Shown piece after piece: positions 8,386 through 17,793 of a stretch of DNA of 64,000 bases; positions within the stretch are counted from its first letter, which is position 1, and each line of letters begins with the position of its first letter. Location: positions 229,301 to 293,300 of the forward strand of contig JBBTCT010000022.1 in the NCBI GenBank assembly GCA_038060895.1, in the 5' to 3' direction. Position numbers and translations under genes: made by a program. The notes under the pieces were generated by a model. The model had not been told where the DNA came from. It was given only the letters and a program-made list of their open reading frames with translations, and searched no databases. Source of the DNA: Planctomycetota bacterium. Lineage in GTDB: Bacteria; Planctomycetota; MHYJ01; WSZJ01.

Positions 8386-10608
8386 GTGGGCAGGGAGCTC
8401 GAGATTCTCGCTGGACTCATGGCAGTCCAGCTGCGCCTCGTGCCGGGCCCCCGATTCATCCACGCCGGCGCGCAGACCGAATCGGACCCGACGAAACTCC
8501 TCACCCGGCGACTGGTCGAGGAACGGGACATCGGCGAAGCCGAAATGGCGTCGATTCTCATGCTGGCGTCGGGGCAGGTCCGGCAGCACGGCGGGGACGA
8601 GACCGCCGCCCTGGCCTCGGCGCCGATCGACCCGAAGCTCCTCGACGCGCTTCTGGAGTGCGGGCCGTCTCCGAAAATGAAAGGGTTGCTGCGGCTGCTG
8701 CGTCCCGCGGAAAAAGTCGGCACTTCGGTGCTGCCGGGGCACGCACCGAAGCTGTCGCTCATCGACACTTCGGAGCTGGACGACGTTCTCGGCGGCGGCG
8801 AAGTCGACCTGGAACAGGAGCTCCGCGGCGCGCGGCCGATGGGCGGCGGCCTGGCCATCCCCGCTTCCATTCCGGCGCCGACCGCGGAATCGGCCGAGGC
8901 GGACGACGTCCGCAGGGTTGAGCGCGCGCTGAAAACGTACGCGGATTCGCTGGCGGCGGCGCAGGGGCAGAAAGGGTTCCATGCCAGGGGGATGACGCGC
9001 GGCGTCTCGGAGTCGAACGTGACGGCGCTCGGGTCCGACCAGTCCGCGACCCGGGAAGCCAGGCAGAAAGCGGCGACCTTGTTCGAGGGATTGCGCAAGA
9101 CGATCGAGGAAGCGGTCGCGCGCCGGCCCGCGAACCGCGCCATCCGGCACGCCGCGGCGGAGTTCTACACGCGCGCGGCGAGCCAGCGCGAAATCGAGGG
9201 AGAGGCGGCGGCTTCTTCCGAACTCAAGGCCCGCGCCCGGCTGCTCGACACCTCCGTTCACTCCGCGGTCCGGCGCTCCGGGACGCTGGGCGTGCGGACC
9301 CGGGCGTTTTCCTGCGCGTGCGTGCGCGAGGGACGCGAGTTCGCGCCCGGCGCGCTGGCACTTCGCGGCCTGAGCCTGTTCACCGGCCTCCCCGCAGTCA
9401 AATCGCCCTCGAAAGTTCCGGGAGATTCCGGCGAATCGGATCGCCCCGTCCGGCTGAAGGCCCACGGGCCCGAGTGCGTTCCGGCGCCCCTTCCCGGAGC
9501 CGACGTCTGGCTCTTCCGGTACGACCTCGGCACGGATCACTCCACGCTCACGACGCCGAAGGACGTGGCCGGGCGCGGGACCGATCCGCTGCCGGTTCAT
9601 CTGCGCGAAGCGCTTTTTGCGAAGAACTCCCCGCACGCGCCGGAAGGGCCCGGCGTCCACCTCGGGAAGACGCCGGTGGAGGGCCTCGTCCTCCCCTCCG
9701 GTTCGTGGATGCTGCTGGTCTGGCAAGCCGGCCGCAATCCGGCGCGGGTGCCCGTGCGCACGGGCGTCAGCGGCGACACTTCCATCGACGTGACGCTGTC
9801 GCTCCCCACGGAAGTTCCGCCGAAGTTCGCTTCGATCGCCGAAGGAACGTTCCTGTACCAGGGGGACGTGAAGAACCCGCACTCGGAGCCCGGCCAGTCC
9901 GGATCGACGCACGAGTTCCTGCTGGCGAAGTACCCGGTCACCGCGAGGGAGTACGCCGAATTTCTGAACGCCCGCTGCCAGGCGGAACTCGACCTCGTCG
10001 TGCGCCGGAGCGCGCCGCGGGACGTGGAAAAGGCGACCACTCTCTGGCCCGGGCCTCCGTTTGCCGTGCCGACGGCGCAGGCCCTCGAGGCCGCGCCCGC
10101 GGAGTTCCGCGCCGCCGCGAAGAAACTCCCCGGCTGCACCGCCGACTGGAATGAACGGTGGCCGATCGTCTCGATTTCGTGGCGCGACGCGATGATGTTC
10201 TGCGAATGGAAGCGCGCCACCACGGGATGGCTCATGACGCTTCCCCACGAAATCGACTGGGAGAAAGCCGCCAGGGGAGTGGACGGGCGGACGTTTCCGT
10301 GGGGGCACGGCCTGAAGCAGGGCAACTGCAATACCGTCAGCGCGCGTCCCGACTCGGCCAGCCCCTCGGCCGTGGAGGAGTTCCCGGCCGACGAGTCGCC
10401 CTACGGCGTCTTCGGGCTCGGCGGGAACGCGCGCGACATGTGCCTCAACCAGCCCGGGCCGGAATTCGCCGGGCAGCGCGTCATGCGCGGCGGCTACTGG
10501 GCGAGCGACGGCCTCCGCTGCCACTCCAGCTACCGCACCTGCGCCAGGCAGGACCACGTTTCCGCGAACGGAGGCTTCCGGCTGATGTGCATCACACGGC
10601 TCTCCTGA
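8386..10608 (+). CDS. large protein with C-terminal FGE-sulfatase (SUMF1-like) domain
   Basis: C-terminal motifs WRLPTE/IDWEKAARG, RGGYWASDG, FRLMC typical of formylglycine-generating-enzyme fold; GTG start with RBS. Confidence 0.75.
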   Translation: MGRELEILAGLMAVQLRLVPGPRFIHAGAQTESDPTKLLTRRLVEERDIGEAEMASILMLASGQVRQHGGDETAALASAPIDPKLLDALLECGPSPKMKGLLRLLRPAEKVGTSVLPGHAPKLSLIDTSELDDVLGGGEVDLEQELRGARPMGGGLAIPASIPAPTAESAEADDVRRVERALKTYADSLAAAQGQKGFHARGMTRGVSESNVTALGSDQSATREARQKAATLFEGLRKTIEEAVARRPANRAIRHAAAEFYTRAASQREIEGEAAASSELKARARLLDTSVHSAVRRSGTLGVRTRAFSCACVREGREFAPGALALRGLSLFTGLPAVKSPSKVPGDSGESDRPVRLKAHGPECVPAPLPGADVWLFRYDLGTDHSTLTTPKDVAGRGTDPLPVHLREALFAKNSPHAPEGPGVHLGKTPVEGLVLPSGSWMLLVWQAGRNPARVPVRTGVSGDTSIDVTLSLPTEVPPKFASIAEGTFLYQGDVKNPHSEPGQSGSTHEFLLAKYPVTAREYAEFLNARCQAELDLVVRRSAPRDVEKATTLWPGPPFAVPTAQALEAAPAEFRAAAKKLPGCTADWNERWPIVSISWRDAMMFCEWKRATTGWLMTLPHEIDWEKAARGVDGRTFPWGHGLKQGNCNTVSARPDSASPSAVEEFPADESPYGVFGLGGNARDMCLNQPGPEFAGQRVMRGGYWASDGLRCHSSYRTCARQDHVSANGGFRLMCITRLS

Positions 10609-10660
10609 TGGCCCGTCCGGCGGCGCCTCCCTTGTCCGGCGCCTGGAGCAGGAGGTACGC

Positions 10661-12556
10661 TTGCAGACATCCATCAGCGGGGAAGCCGGCGATCCGCGCC
10701 GGGCGCTGGATTCAGGGGAAGCGGCGGTGACAGAGCAAGAGAATCCGGGCCGGTGCCGGAACTTCGTGAACGCCTGCCGTGAACGGCGGTCGGTGAAGGT
10801 CCTCGCCGCGGGGGTGTTCCTCCTCGCGGCCGCGTGGGTCGTGCAGATCGCCTCACAGCCCGAGGGCCCGCGCTTCCGCGAAGGCCTCGCTCTCTACGCG
10901 ACTCGCTTCTGGCCGCTTCTGGGAAGCGCCGCCGTGCTCTTCGCCGTGTGGGTCGCGCTGTGGGCCGCGACGCACCGCGCGAAGCTCTCGGCGGTCCTGC
11001 TCCTCGTGCTGTGGCTGCCGCCTGCGATCGCCAACGCGGCGAAGCTGGCGAGCCTCGACCTCCCGCTGATGCCGCTGGACGCGTACCGCACGGGGGACAT
11101 GCTGTCGATTTTTCACGCGGACCTCGTGCGGCCGGGGGGGTGGCTGAAGCTGTCGCTCCTGGTCGCGCTCACGGCGCCGCTCGTCATGGCATTCGCGGTG
11201 ATGCCGTCGCCGAAGACGCGGCCGCGCGTCCGCATCGCCGCCGGCGTGGCGGCCCTCGCGTTCCTGGGCTCGCTCTTTCTCCCGGCGACGAACGTCTTCG
11301 CGCAGCTCTCGGGACCGTTCACGCGCTACAGCTGGGACAGCCGCGGCACCCACGACCAGAACGGATTCGTCGTGTTTTTCGCCATGAACTGCCGGTACGT
11401 GAGGGTCGAAGAGCCGCGCGGCTACTCGGAGGAAGCGGTCGCGCGCATCATCCGCGAGCTGCCGCCGTCCACTGCGAAGACGAGCGGCCTCCGCCCGAAC
11501 GTCATCGTCGTCCTGAGCGAGTCGTTCAGCGACGTGACGCGCATCCCGGGCGTCGAATTCGAAACCGACCCGCTCCCGACCCTCCACGAACTCCAGCGCG
11601 ACTTCGGCCGCCTCGACCTCGTCAGCCCCGTCTACGCCGGCATCACGTGCAACGCCGAGCTCGAGATCCTCACCGGATTCAACATGCGCTTCTTCCCCGA
11701 ACCCTCCGCCGCCTGGGTCGATTCGATCCGCCGCCCGGTGCCGTCTCTCGCTTCCATCCTCCGCGGCCACGGATATCGCGCGATCTCGCTTCACGCCGCC
11801 GGCGGGTTCCACAACGACGCGCAGGTGCAGCCGCTTCTCGGTTTCGAAAAGTGCATTCCCGGAAGCGACTGGGTCAACCGCGACGCGATCGGCTGGCTCG
11901 TGACGGACGAAGCGGTGACGAAGGAGGTCATCCGCGTTTCGCGCGAGCTGCCGCGGCCGTGGTTCGTGTGCGTGAACACCATCGAGGGGCACGCGCCCTA
12001 CGACGGCAAGTACCCGGACCCGAAGTGCGGGATTCGCTTTACGAGGCCGCTCTCGGAGAAGTCGCGTGAGATTCTCGAAGGGTACGCGTACGGACTGAAC
12101 CGAGCCGACCGCGCGCTGCGCGCGCTCATCGACGGGTACCGCGACTCGCCCGAGCCCACGCTCATCCTGTTCTACGGCGACCACCTTCCCGACCTCGGCG
12201 AGAACTTCCTCGCCTGGAGCGAAACCGGTTTCCTCCCGCCCGGACAGGGAAGCTCCTCCCTCGCCATGCGCACCGTCCCCGCCGCGATCTGGAACAACTA
12301 CGGGAAGCGGCTTCCCGTGCTCAACGGTCCCGTCGGCATGTCGCGAGTCCTGCCGCTTCTCCTCGACGCGCTCGAGTTGCCGAAGCCGGCGCACGTGCGC
12401 GTCGTCGAGCAGGTGGGCGCCCGCTGGCCGGTCGTGAGCACCGCGGGATGCTTTGACGCCAGCGGGACCGGCGCGGACGCGGATCTCGCCGATTACTCCC
12501 TCATGCAGTACGACCTGCTGTTCGGCAAGCAGCACTTCCTGCAGGGCGGGCGCTGA
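10661..12556 (+). CDS. membrane-anchored sulfatase/phosphoglycerol-transferase (LtaS/MdoB-like) family protein
   Basis: Five N-terminal TM helices, then VVLSESFSD ... TCNAE alkaline-phosphatase-superfamily core; TTG start after GGAGG. Confidence 0.7.
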   Translation: MQTSISGEAGDPRRALDSGEAAVTEQENPGRCRNFVNACRERRSVKVLAAGVFLLAAAWVVQIASQPEGPRFREGLALYATRFWPLLGSAAVLFAVWVALWAATHRAKLSAVLLLVLWLPPAIANAAKLASLDLPLMPLDAYRTGDMLSIFHADLVRPGGWLKLSLLVALTAPLVMAFAVMPSPKTRPRVRIAAGVAALAFLGSLFLPATNVFAQLSGPFTRYSWDSRGTHDQNGFVVFFAMNCRYVRVEEPRGYSEEAVARIIRELPPSTAKTSGLRPNVIVVLSESFSDVTRIPGVEFETDPLPTLHELQRDFGRLDLVSPVYAGITCNAELEILTGFNMRFFPEPSAAWVDSIRRPVPSLASILRGHGYRAISLHAAGGFHNDAQVQPLLGFEKCIPGSDWVNRDAIGWLVTDEAVTKEVIRVSRELPRPWFVCVNTIEGHAPYDGKYPDPKCGIRFTRPLSEKSREILEGYAYGLNRADRALRALIDGYRDSPEPTLILFYGDHLPDLGENFLAWSETGFLPPGQGSSSLAMRTVPAAIWNNYGKRLPVLNGPVGMSRVLPLLLDALELPKPAHVRVVEQVGARWPVVSTAGCFDASGTGADADLADYSLMQYDLLFGKQHFLQGGR

Positions 12557-12559
12557 TGC

Positions 12560-12961
12560 CTAGGGCGGGCAAAGCAGCGGGATCGCTTCGCGTTTGTTCC
12601 TGCGATAGACATGAAAGTCGGTTCGGTCAGTCGTGATCACGATGTGGCGCGGGTACATCTCGCTCATGCGGATGAGGCAGAGATCGGCAAAATCGGGTTT
12701 CAAGTCGGCGTAACGCTTCGCCAGGGCTGCCAGCTGCGGAATATGCGCGCGGGATTCGAATGACGGAAGCACCAGGCCTTCCTCGATCATCGCCAGGACG
12801 ATGGCAGAGTCCTGTACGTGGAAGGCCGCTTCCGCAAGGACCGCATCGCAGGTGAGCAGCGGTTCCGTCATGCCTTCCGCCACGCTGACGGCCCAGTCGT
12901 GGTGCATGTCGTTCCGGCGGATGAAGGCGACGATGAAGCCGGTGTCGGCGATCCCCTTCAA
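12560..12961 (-). CDS. vapC: PIN-domain toxin VapC
   Basis: PIN acidic residues (D5, E.., D..); 4-bp overlap with upstream antitoxin. Confidence 0.8.
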   Translation of the reverse strand: MKGIADTGFIVAFIRRNDMHHDWAVSVAEGMTEPLLTCDAVLAEAAFHVQDSAIVLAMIEEGLVLPSFESRAHIPQLAALAKRYADLKPDFADLCLIRMSEMYPRHIVITTDRTDFHVYRRNKREAIPLLCPP

Positions 12962-13173
12962 TGCTTGCTGAAGCCCTTGCGCATCGAAAGGTCGCGAGGC
13001 CCTCCGCGGATGATGCCTGCGAGCCTCATGAATTTGCGTTGCTCGCCGGCCGCGCGAGCCTTCTCCAGCTGCTCGCGGACGAGACGGCCCTGTGAAATCC
13101 CGCTCCGGGCGGCGGCTTTTTCAAGCCAGTCGGCGAGGTCGGGGGTGAGGCGGATGGAGAGTGTACGACTCAT
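12958..13173 (-). CDS. vapB: VapB/CopG-like ribbon-helix-helix antitoxin
   Basis: 71-aa basic protein overlapping vapC start. Confidence 0.7.
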   Translation of the reverse strand: MSRTLSIRLTPDLADWLEKAAARSGISQGRLVREQLEKARAAGEQRKFMRLAGIIRGGPRDLSMRKGFSKH

Positions 13174-13342
13174 ATGGCAGAAGTGTACTCAGAGCGCGCG
13201 AAGAAGTCGAGTGCCGTCGGCGGTCGGACCTCGCTGCGCGACGCCGCCGAACGGCCGGCGTCGTCGCTTCGCTCGCCCCGACCGCTCGCCGTCACTCGAT
13301 TTCTTCGCGCGCTCTCACCTGGCCCGCACCGGTCAATGCGCC

Positions 13343-14929
13343 CTACTTTTCCGCCTCCAGCCGGACGGTCACGTTTTGCACCGATCGATCGCGGACTCTC
13401 AATTCCGCGCTCAACTTCTCTCCGTCCACTTCCCCCCACGCCACCAGGTCCAGCCGGTCCACGTCCTCGGAATCGAAGAGCAGGCTGAACCGCCCGTCCG
13501 CCCCGACGACGACGATGCCGGAGTCGGGGCGCTTGATGAGGGTGCAGACGCTCGCTCCCGCGCAGGGTTCGCCGTCGGGCTTGAGGACGACCCCGGCGAT
13601 GCGGAAGCCGGCGCGGAGGCGGACGACGAGTTCTTGCCCCTGGGGCTCGACGTTGCGGACGAGTCCCTTGACCCAGTCGATCGCGGCGGGGTCGTCGTCG
13701 GGAGGAGAGACCTCGACGAGCAGTTTCACGGGAGGGAGGCCGGTGAACGCGGCGACGCCGAGCTGATCCGTGACGCGGGCGCTGGCCGGGCTCTCGTAGA
13801 CTTCATAGAGCCGCACGGCCGCCGCGGCGACAGGCCCGCCCGTCGGCGATTCGACCTTGACCCGCAGCGTCCGGTCGAGCGGCTGCACCTGGAGCTGCAG
13901 GACGAGGTCGCGCGCGCCGGCGCTCACGCCGGGCAGCGAGCCGGTGACGCGGACCGGCCACGTGTCTTCCGCTTCCTGAAGCGCCGGCGCCTTCTCGCCG
14001 AAGTCGATCGCGAGCGTGACGGTTTCGCCTTCGGGGACGGTGGCTTCGAAGCGGCCCTCGGCGTCGGTTTTGGCCGTCGAGACCGTGTCCTTCCCCCGGA
14101 GAGTGGCGACGACGCCGCCCTTGAAGGGTCGCCCGCGAGGAGTCAGGACGACGCCTGAGGCGATGCCCGCATCCTCGAGCACGAAGCGCACGTCGTTGCC
14201 GTCGTCCGGGTACAGCTGCGTCTGCATCGGCAGCACGTAGCGGCGTCCGAAGGCGGGGGTTTCGACGACCTCGACCACGGGAAAGTCCCCGTACGACGTC
14301 AGCCGGGCGACGCCGAGCTCGTTGGTGGGGACGCACCCCTGCTTCGGGTCGTCGTTCGCGCGCTCCGACGAAACCACGACCTGCGCGCCGGCGACCGCGG
14401 CGCCGCGGGCGTCGACGACGGTCACGGTGATGATCCGCGCCTGCGGAAGGCGCAGTTCGAGGCCGTCGCGACTTCTTCCATCGGACAGGTCGAAGGGAAG
14501 CGTCACCACGCTTGCGGGGAAACGCAACGCGTCACCCGCCGAGAGGATTCCTGTGCTGGCGGGCAGGCCGTCAAACCGGAAAGCCCCGTCGGACCCTGTC
14601 TCCACGCCATTCATGAAGATGTCCGCAACCGATCTCGTCGAGCGAACCTGCACCAGGCAGCCGGCCGCGGCCGTCCCGTCGTGATTCAGCACCCGACCCG
14701 CGATGAAGAGTTTCCCGGCGGGCGCCGGAGCCCGCAGGCCCGTCGAACTTTCCTTCGGCGGGCTGCCTTCGCCGCCCTCGCCTGCCGCCGGCCTCTCGGG
14801 GCCCCGCGCCAGGTCCGCGGACGAGTCTTCGACAACGGGGCGCTCCGCCCCACGGAACCGGAGCCAGAGCCCGGCCGCCCCTGCCATCAGCAGGCAAAAG
14901 ACGACGCCGATGACAACGCGGTTCCGCAC
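13343..14929 (-). CDS. membrane-anchored protein with repeated carboxypeptidase-regulatory-like (Ig-like) domains
   Basis: N-terminal TM segment; repeated G-x-V-x-D-x-G-x-P-x-x-G-A-x-V motifs. Confidence 0.6.
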   Translation of the reverse strand: MRNRVVIGVVFCLLMAGAAGLWLRFRGAERPVVEDSSADLARGPERPAAGEGGEGSPPKESSTGLRAPAPAGKLFIAGRVLNHDGTAAAGCLVQVRSTRSVADIFMNGVETGSDGAFRFDGLPASTGILSAGDALRFPASVVTLPFDLSDGRSRDGLELRLPQARIITVTVVDARGAAVAGAQVVVSSERANDDPKQGCVPTNELGVARLTSYGDFPVVEVVETPAFGRRYVLPMQTQLYPDDGNDVRFVLEDAGIASGVVLTPRGRPFKGGVVATLRGKDTVSTAKTDAEGRFEATVPEGETVTLAIDFGEKAPALQEAEDTWPVRVTGSLPGVSAGARDLVLQLQVQPLDRTLRVKVESPTGGPVAAAAVRLYEVYESPASARVTDQLGVAAFTGLPPVKLLVEVSPPDDDPAAIDWVKGLVRNVEPQGQELVVRLRAGFRIAGVVLKPDGEPCAGASVCTLIKRPDSGIVVVGADGRFSLLFDSEDVDRLDLVAWGEVDGEKLSAELRVRDRSVQNVTVRLEAEK

Positions 14930-14935
14930 GAAGGT

Positions 14936-15663
14936 CTATTTGTCCTCCGTTTCGTCCGGCTTCCCGTGTTTCACCAGCTTCGCCGGCCCGTCCTTGATCA
15001 GCCCGATCCCCTTCACGTAGTACTTGTACTCAATGTGCCCGGGCTCGAGCGGCGTCGATTCCTGGATCTTGAGCACGTCCTTGAACTTCCCGGCCGGCGT
15101 CGTGACCTTGCGGTCGAGGCCGACGATCTCCGCCCGGTCCATCGCGACCCCGGGGGCGACTTCCTGCATGTAGCGGGCGCCCAGAAGCGCCGTCCCCGGC
15201 ATGATCATTCCGAACTTCGCGCCGTCCTTGCCGGCGAGCCAGGAGCCGTCGTGCGAGACGACCTTCCCGCCCTTGTACATGTCCACGTCCTCGCCGAAGT
15301 AGTACACGGCGTTGGTGCGCTTCGAGATCACGAAGTAGTTGCGCGAGACCTCGATCAGTTCGTCTCCTTCCCACTCTTTCTCCTCGACGATGCGCGTGTT
15401 GATGTCGCCGACCTTCTTCGTCTCTTTGAGGACGGTGATCAGGAGCTTGAGCTTCTTTTTCCCCTCCATCCCTTCGTACTCGAGCACGTAACCGGGATCG
15501 AGAATGAAGTAAGGGTTCTTGCCGGATGTCTCGAAGTCCGCGGGGTCCTCGCCGAAATCCTGTGTGAACACGGGCTCGTCCGGCGGCGGCGCTTTCGGGT
15601 CTTCTGCGCAGACGGTCAGGACGAGAAAAAGGGCGGAGGCGGTGAAAAGGGAAGCGCGGATCA
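14936..15663 (-). CDS. secreted Lys-rich hypothetical protein
   Basis: Signal peptide MIRASLFTASALFLVLTVCA; composition distinct from neighbours (K-rich); the upstream part of the long ORF in the track is antisense to queA. Confidence 0.55.
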
Positions 15664-15798
15664 TGGGGGCTCCTGCGGGCAGGTAGAAGTGCCTTCGACC
15701 ATACGCCCCGGAGCGTGGGCGGTTCAAGGACCATATGCGGGCTCCGCGGGCCGAAGTCTCGAGCAGACGATTGCCTGCTCCATGATTTTCAGTCCAAG

Positions 15799-16809
15799 TC
15801 AGCCACCGAGGATCACGCACGAGTCCCCGAACTCGTGGCAGAGGTAACCTTCGGATTCGGCGTGCCGGTAAGACTCGCGCAGCAGTTCCTCCGCCGCGAA
15901 TGCGCACAGCAGCCGGTAGTGGCTGGTGCCGGGTTCGTGGATGCCGGTGAAGATCCCGTGGACGACGCGGGGCCGGGTGTCCGGGGTCACGAGGTGCGTC
16001 GTGCGGCCGGCGCCGGCGCGGATTTCGCCATCGTGCGAACAGGCGCTTCCTTCGAGCGCGCGCACAACGCTGGTGCCGACGGCGATCACGCGGCGCGCGA
16101 CGGCGATCGCATCCACCGTGGCCTGCGGAATCTCGAAGCTTTCCCCGAACGGCAGGCGCGCGTCGAGCGCGGCGTCGCCGGAAGAAGAGAGCCCCGCCGA
16201 GTGCGTGATCGACGCGACGCGCACGCCGGCGCGCGCGAGCCCGAGCAGCGTCGCCCACGACAGCGGGCGCCCCGCCGACGGCGCTTCCGCCGCCCACGGC
16301 CGTGCGGCCCAGCCGGTCTGGACGTCCCAGAGCGCGAGGGGGCGGTCGAGGTACGAGTACTGCACGGGACGGCCGGCGCGATAGAGCGCGGGCCAAAAGG
16401 CGTCGGGGGGTTCGTCGAAACGGAGGTGCACGAGGCGGGGCGAAACGGCGTCCACGGCGGTGACGATGGCGTGCAACTCCGCGCCGAAATCGAGGTGCGT
16501 GCCGGCCGGAAGAAGCGGCGGCGCCGGTCGGTCCTCGGTGCGCGCACGCCAGTCGCCGGCGCCGAAGGCGATCGCTTCCCAGGAATCTGCTGACGGTGCG
16601 CCGCACAGGCGAAGCTCGACGGGATGCGAGGTGGAATTGAGGGAAGCGGGGAGAGTCGCGGCGTCGTTGACGACGACGAGGTCGCGGGGACGAAGGAAGG
16701 AGGGGAGGTCGCGGACGCGTGAGTCGTGGAAAGCGCCGGTGGATGGGTCGATTCGGAGAAGGCGCTCGGCGTCGCGGTCCGTGCGGGGGTGGCGGGCGGG
16801 GCTGAGCAT
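15799..16809 (-). CDS. queA: S-adenosylmethionine:tRNA ribosyltransferase-isomerase
   Basis: Matches QueA blocks LVVVNDAATLPA, RVIAVGTSVVRALE, HEPGTSHYRLLCAF, HEFGDS. Confidence 0.85.
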   Translation of the reverse strand: MLSPARHPRTDRDAERLLRIDPSTGAFHDSRVRDLPSFLRPRDLVVVNDAATLPASLNSTSHPVELRLCGAPSADSWEAIAFGAGDWRARTEDRPAPPLLPAGTHLDFGAELHAIVTAVDAVSPRLVHLRFDEPPDAFWPALYRAGRPVQYSYLDRPLALWDVQTGWAARPWAAEAPSAGRPLSWATLLGLARAGVRVASITHSAGLSSSGDAALDARLPFGESFEIPQATVDAIAVARRVIAVGTSVVRALEGSACSHDGEIRAGAGRTTHLVTPDTRPRVVHGIFTGIHEPGTSHYRLLCAFAAEELLRESYRHAESEGYLCHEFGDSCVILGG

Positions 16810-16811
16810 GG

Positions 16812-16870
16812 TCTTTAGCCTCCGCCAGCTTTCGCCAGCCTCGGCCAGCCTTCGCCAGCCTCACCTTCCA
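16812..16870. repeat. tandem CGCCAGCCT-type intergenic repeat (about 4 units)
   Basis: agcctccgccagctttcgccagcctcggccagccttcgccagcctc; same family recurs at 32380-32556. Confidence 0.6.
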
Positions 16871-17585
16871 TTCCCGGCAAACCGCTGAGCCGCGTTCCGC
16901 TGGGGATTTCCTCAACCCCCTCGATGCACCGCACGATCCGCTTCGCCACTTCCGCCGGATCCGCCAGCGTCGCGGGGTCGGCCTCGGGCATTGCTTCGGC
17001 ATGCATGCGCGTGTTCATCTCGCCGGGGTCGATGCCGAGGAAGCGCACGCCGGTGCCTTCGAGTTCCGCGGCCCAGATGCGGGCGAGGTGATCGAGGGCT
17101 GCCTTGGAAGAGGAGTAGGCGCCCCAGCCGGGGTAGGCGCTTGTGGCGGCGTCGCTGGAGATGTGGAGGACGAGGCCGCGGCGGCGGAGGACCATGGAGC
17201 CGGCGAGGGCTTTGGTCAGGCGGAAGGGACCGACGAGGTTGACCTCGAGGACGCGGGAGAGGTCTTCGCACTCGGTGTCGAGGAGGAGGGGAAGGGGCGT
17301 TTTGCCGAGGGTGCTGGCGTTGTGGACGAGGAGGTCGATCGGGCCGACGAGGGCGGCCGCGGCGCCGGCGAGAGGGTAGATCGCGGACTTGTCGCCGATG
17401 TCGGCGGGGAGGGGGTGGGCTTCACCGCCTTCGGCGCGGATTTCGGCCGCGACGCGATCGAGATCCGTTCTTGAGCGGGCGACGAGGACGACGCGGGCGC
17501 CGCGGCGGGCGAGTTCCTTCGCGAGCGAGGCGCCGAGGCCGCGGCCGGCGCCGGTGACGAGAGCGGAAAGACGGTTGAGATTCAT
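16815..17585 (-). CDS. SDR family NAD(P)-dependent oxidoreductase
   Basis: TGAGRGLG Rossmann motif, YSSSK catalytic motif. Confidence 0.85.
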   Translation of the reverse strand: MNLNRLSALVTGAGRGLGASLAKELARRGARVVLVARSRTDLDRVAAEIRAEGGEAHPLPADIGDKSAIYPLAGAAAALVGPIDLLVHNASTLGKTPLPLLLDTECEDLSRVLEVNLVGPFRLTKALAGSMVLRRRGLVLHISSDAATSAYPGWGAYSSSKAALDHLARIWAAELEGTGVRFLGIDPGEMNTRMHAEAMPEADPATLADPAEVAKRIVRCIEGVEEIPSGTRLSGLPGMEGEAGEGWPRLAKAGGG

Positions 17586-17793
17586 TGAGAGCCCTCCGGA
17601 TTGTGTTCCCTACTTAATAAAGTAACTCCTTTACTAAGTTTGTCAAGCGGGTTGGGTAGAAAGGCGGGAGAGAACGGAACCTGGCCCTTGCCCAGGGGAC
17701 GGAATGGGAGCGCCTGGGATTGAAGTTTGGTGGGCAAGGGCAAGGGCGAGGGCAACGACTGCGCTGTGACCGAATTCCGGTAACATTCCGGCG

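Noticed and set aside
8329-10674. 781-aa minus-strand ORF
   Set aside because: Antisense to the FGE-domain gene. Arg/Pro/Gly-rich low-complexity translation typical of high-GC shadow ORFs.
10853-12535. 560-aa minus-strand ORF
   Set aside because: Antisense to the sulfatase-family membrane protein. Low-complexity R/A/G-rich.
12818-14158. 446-aa plus ORF
   Set aside because: Antisense to the CarboxypepD_reg-repeat protein gene, which has a signal anchor and domain periodicity.
14936-17002. 688-aa minus ORF in track
   Set aside because: Only the last ~241 codons (14936-15663) are a real gene. The upstream part is the wrong frame across the queA/SDR region.
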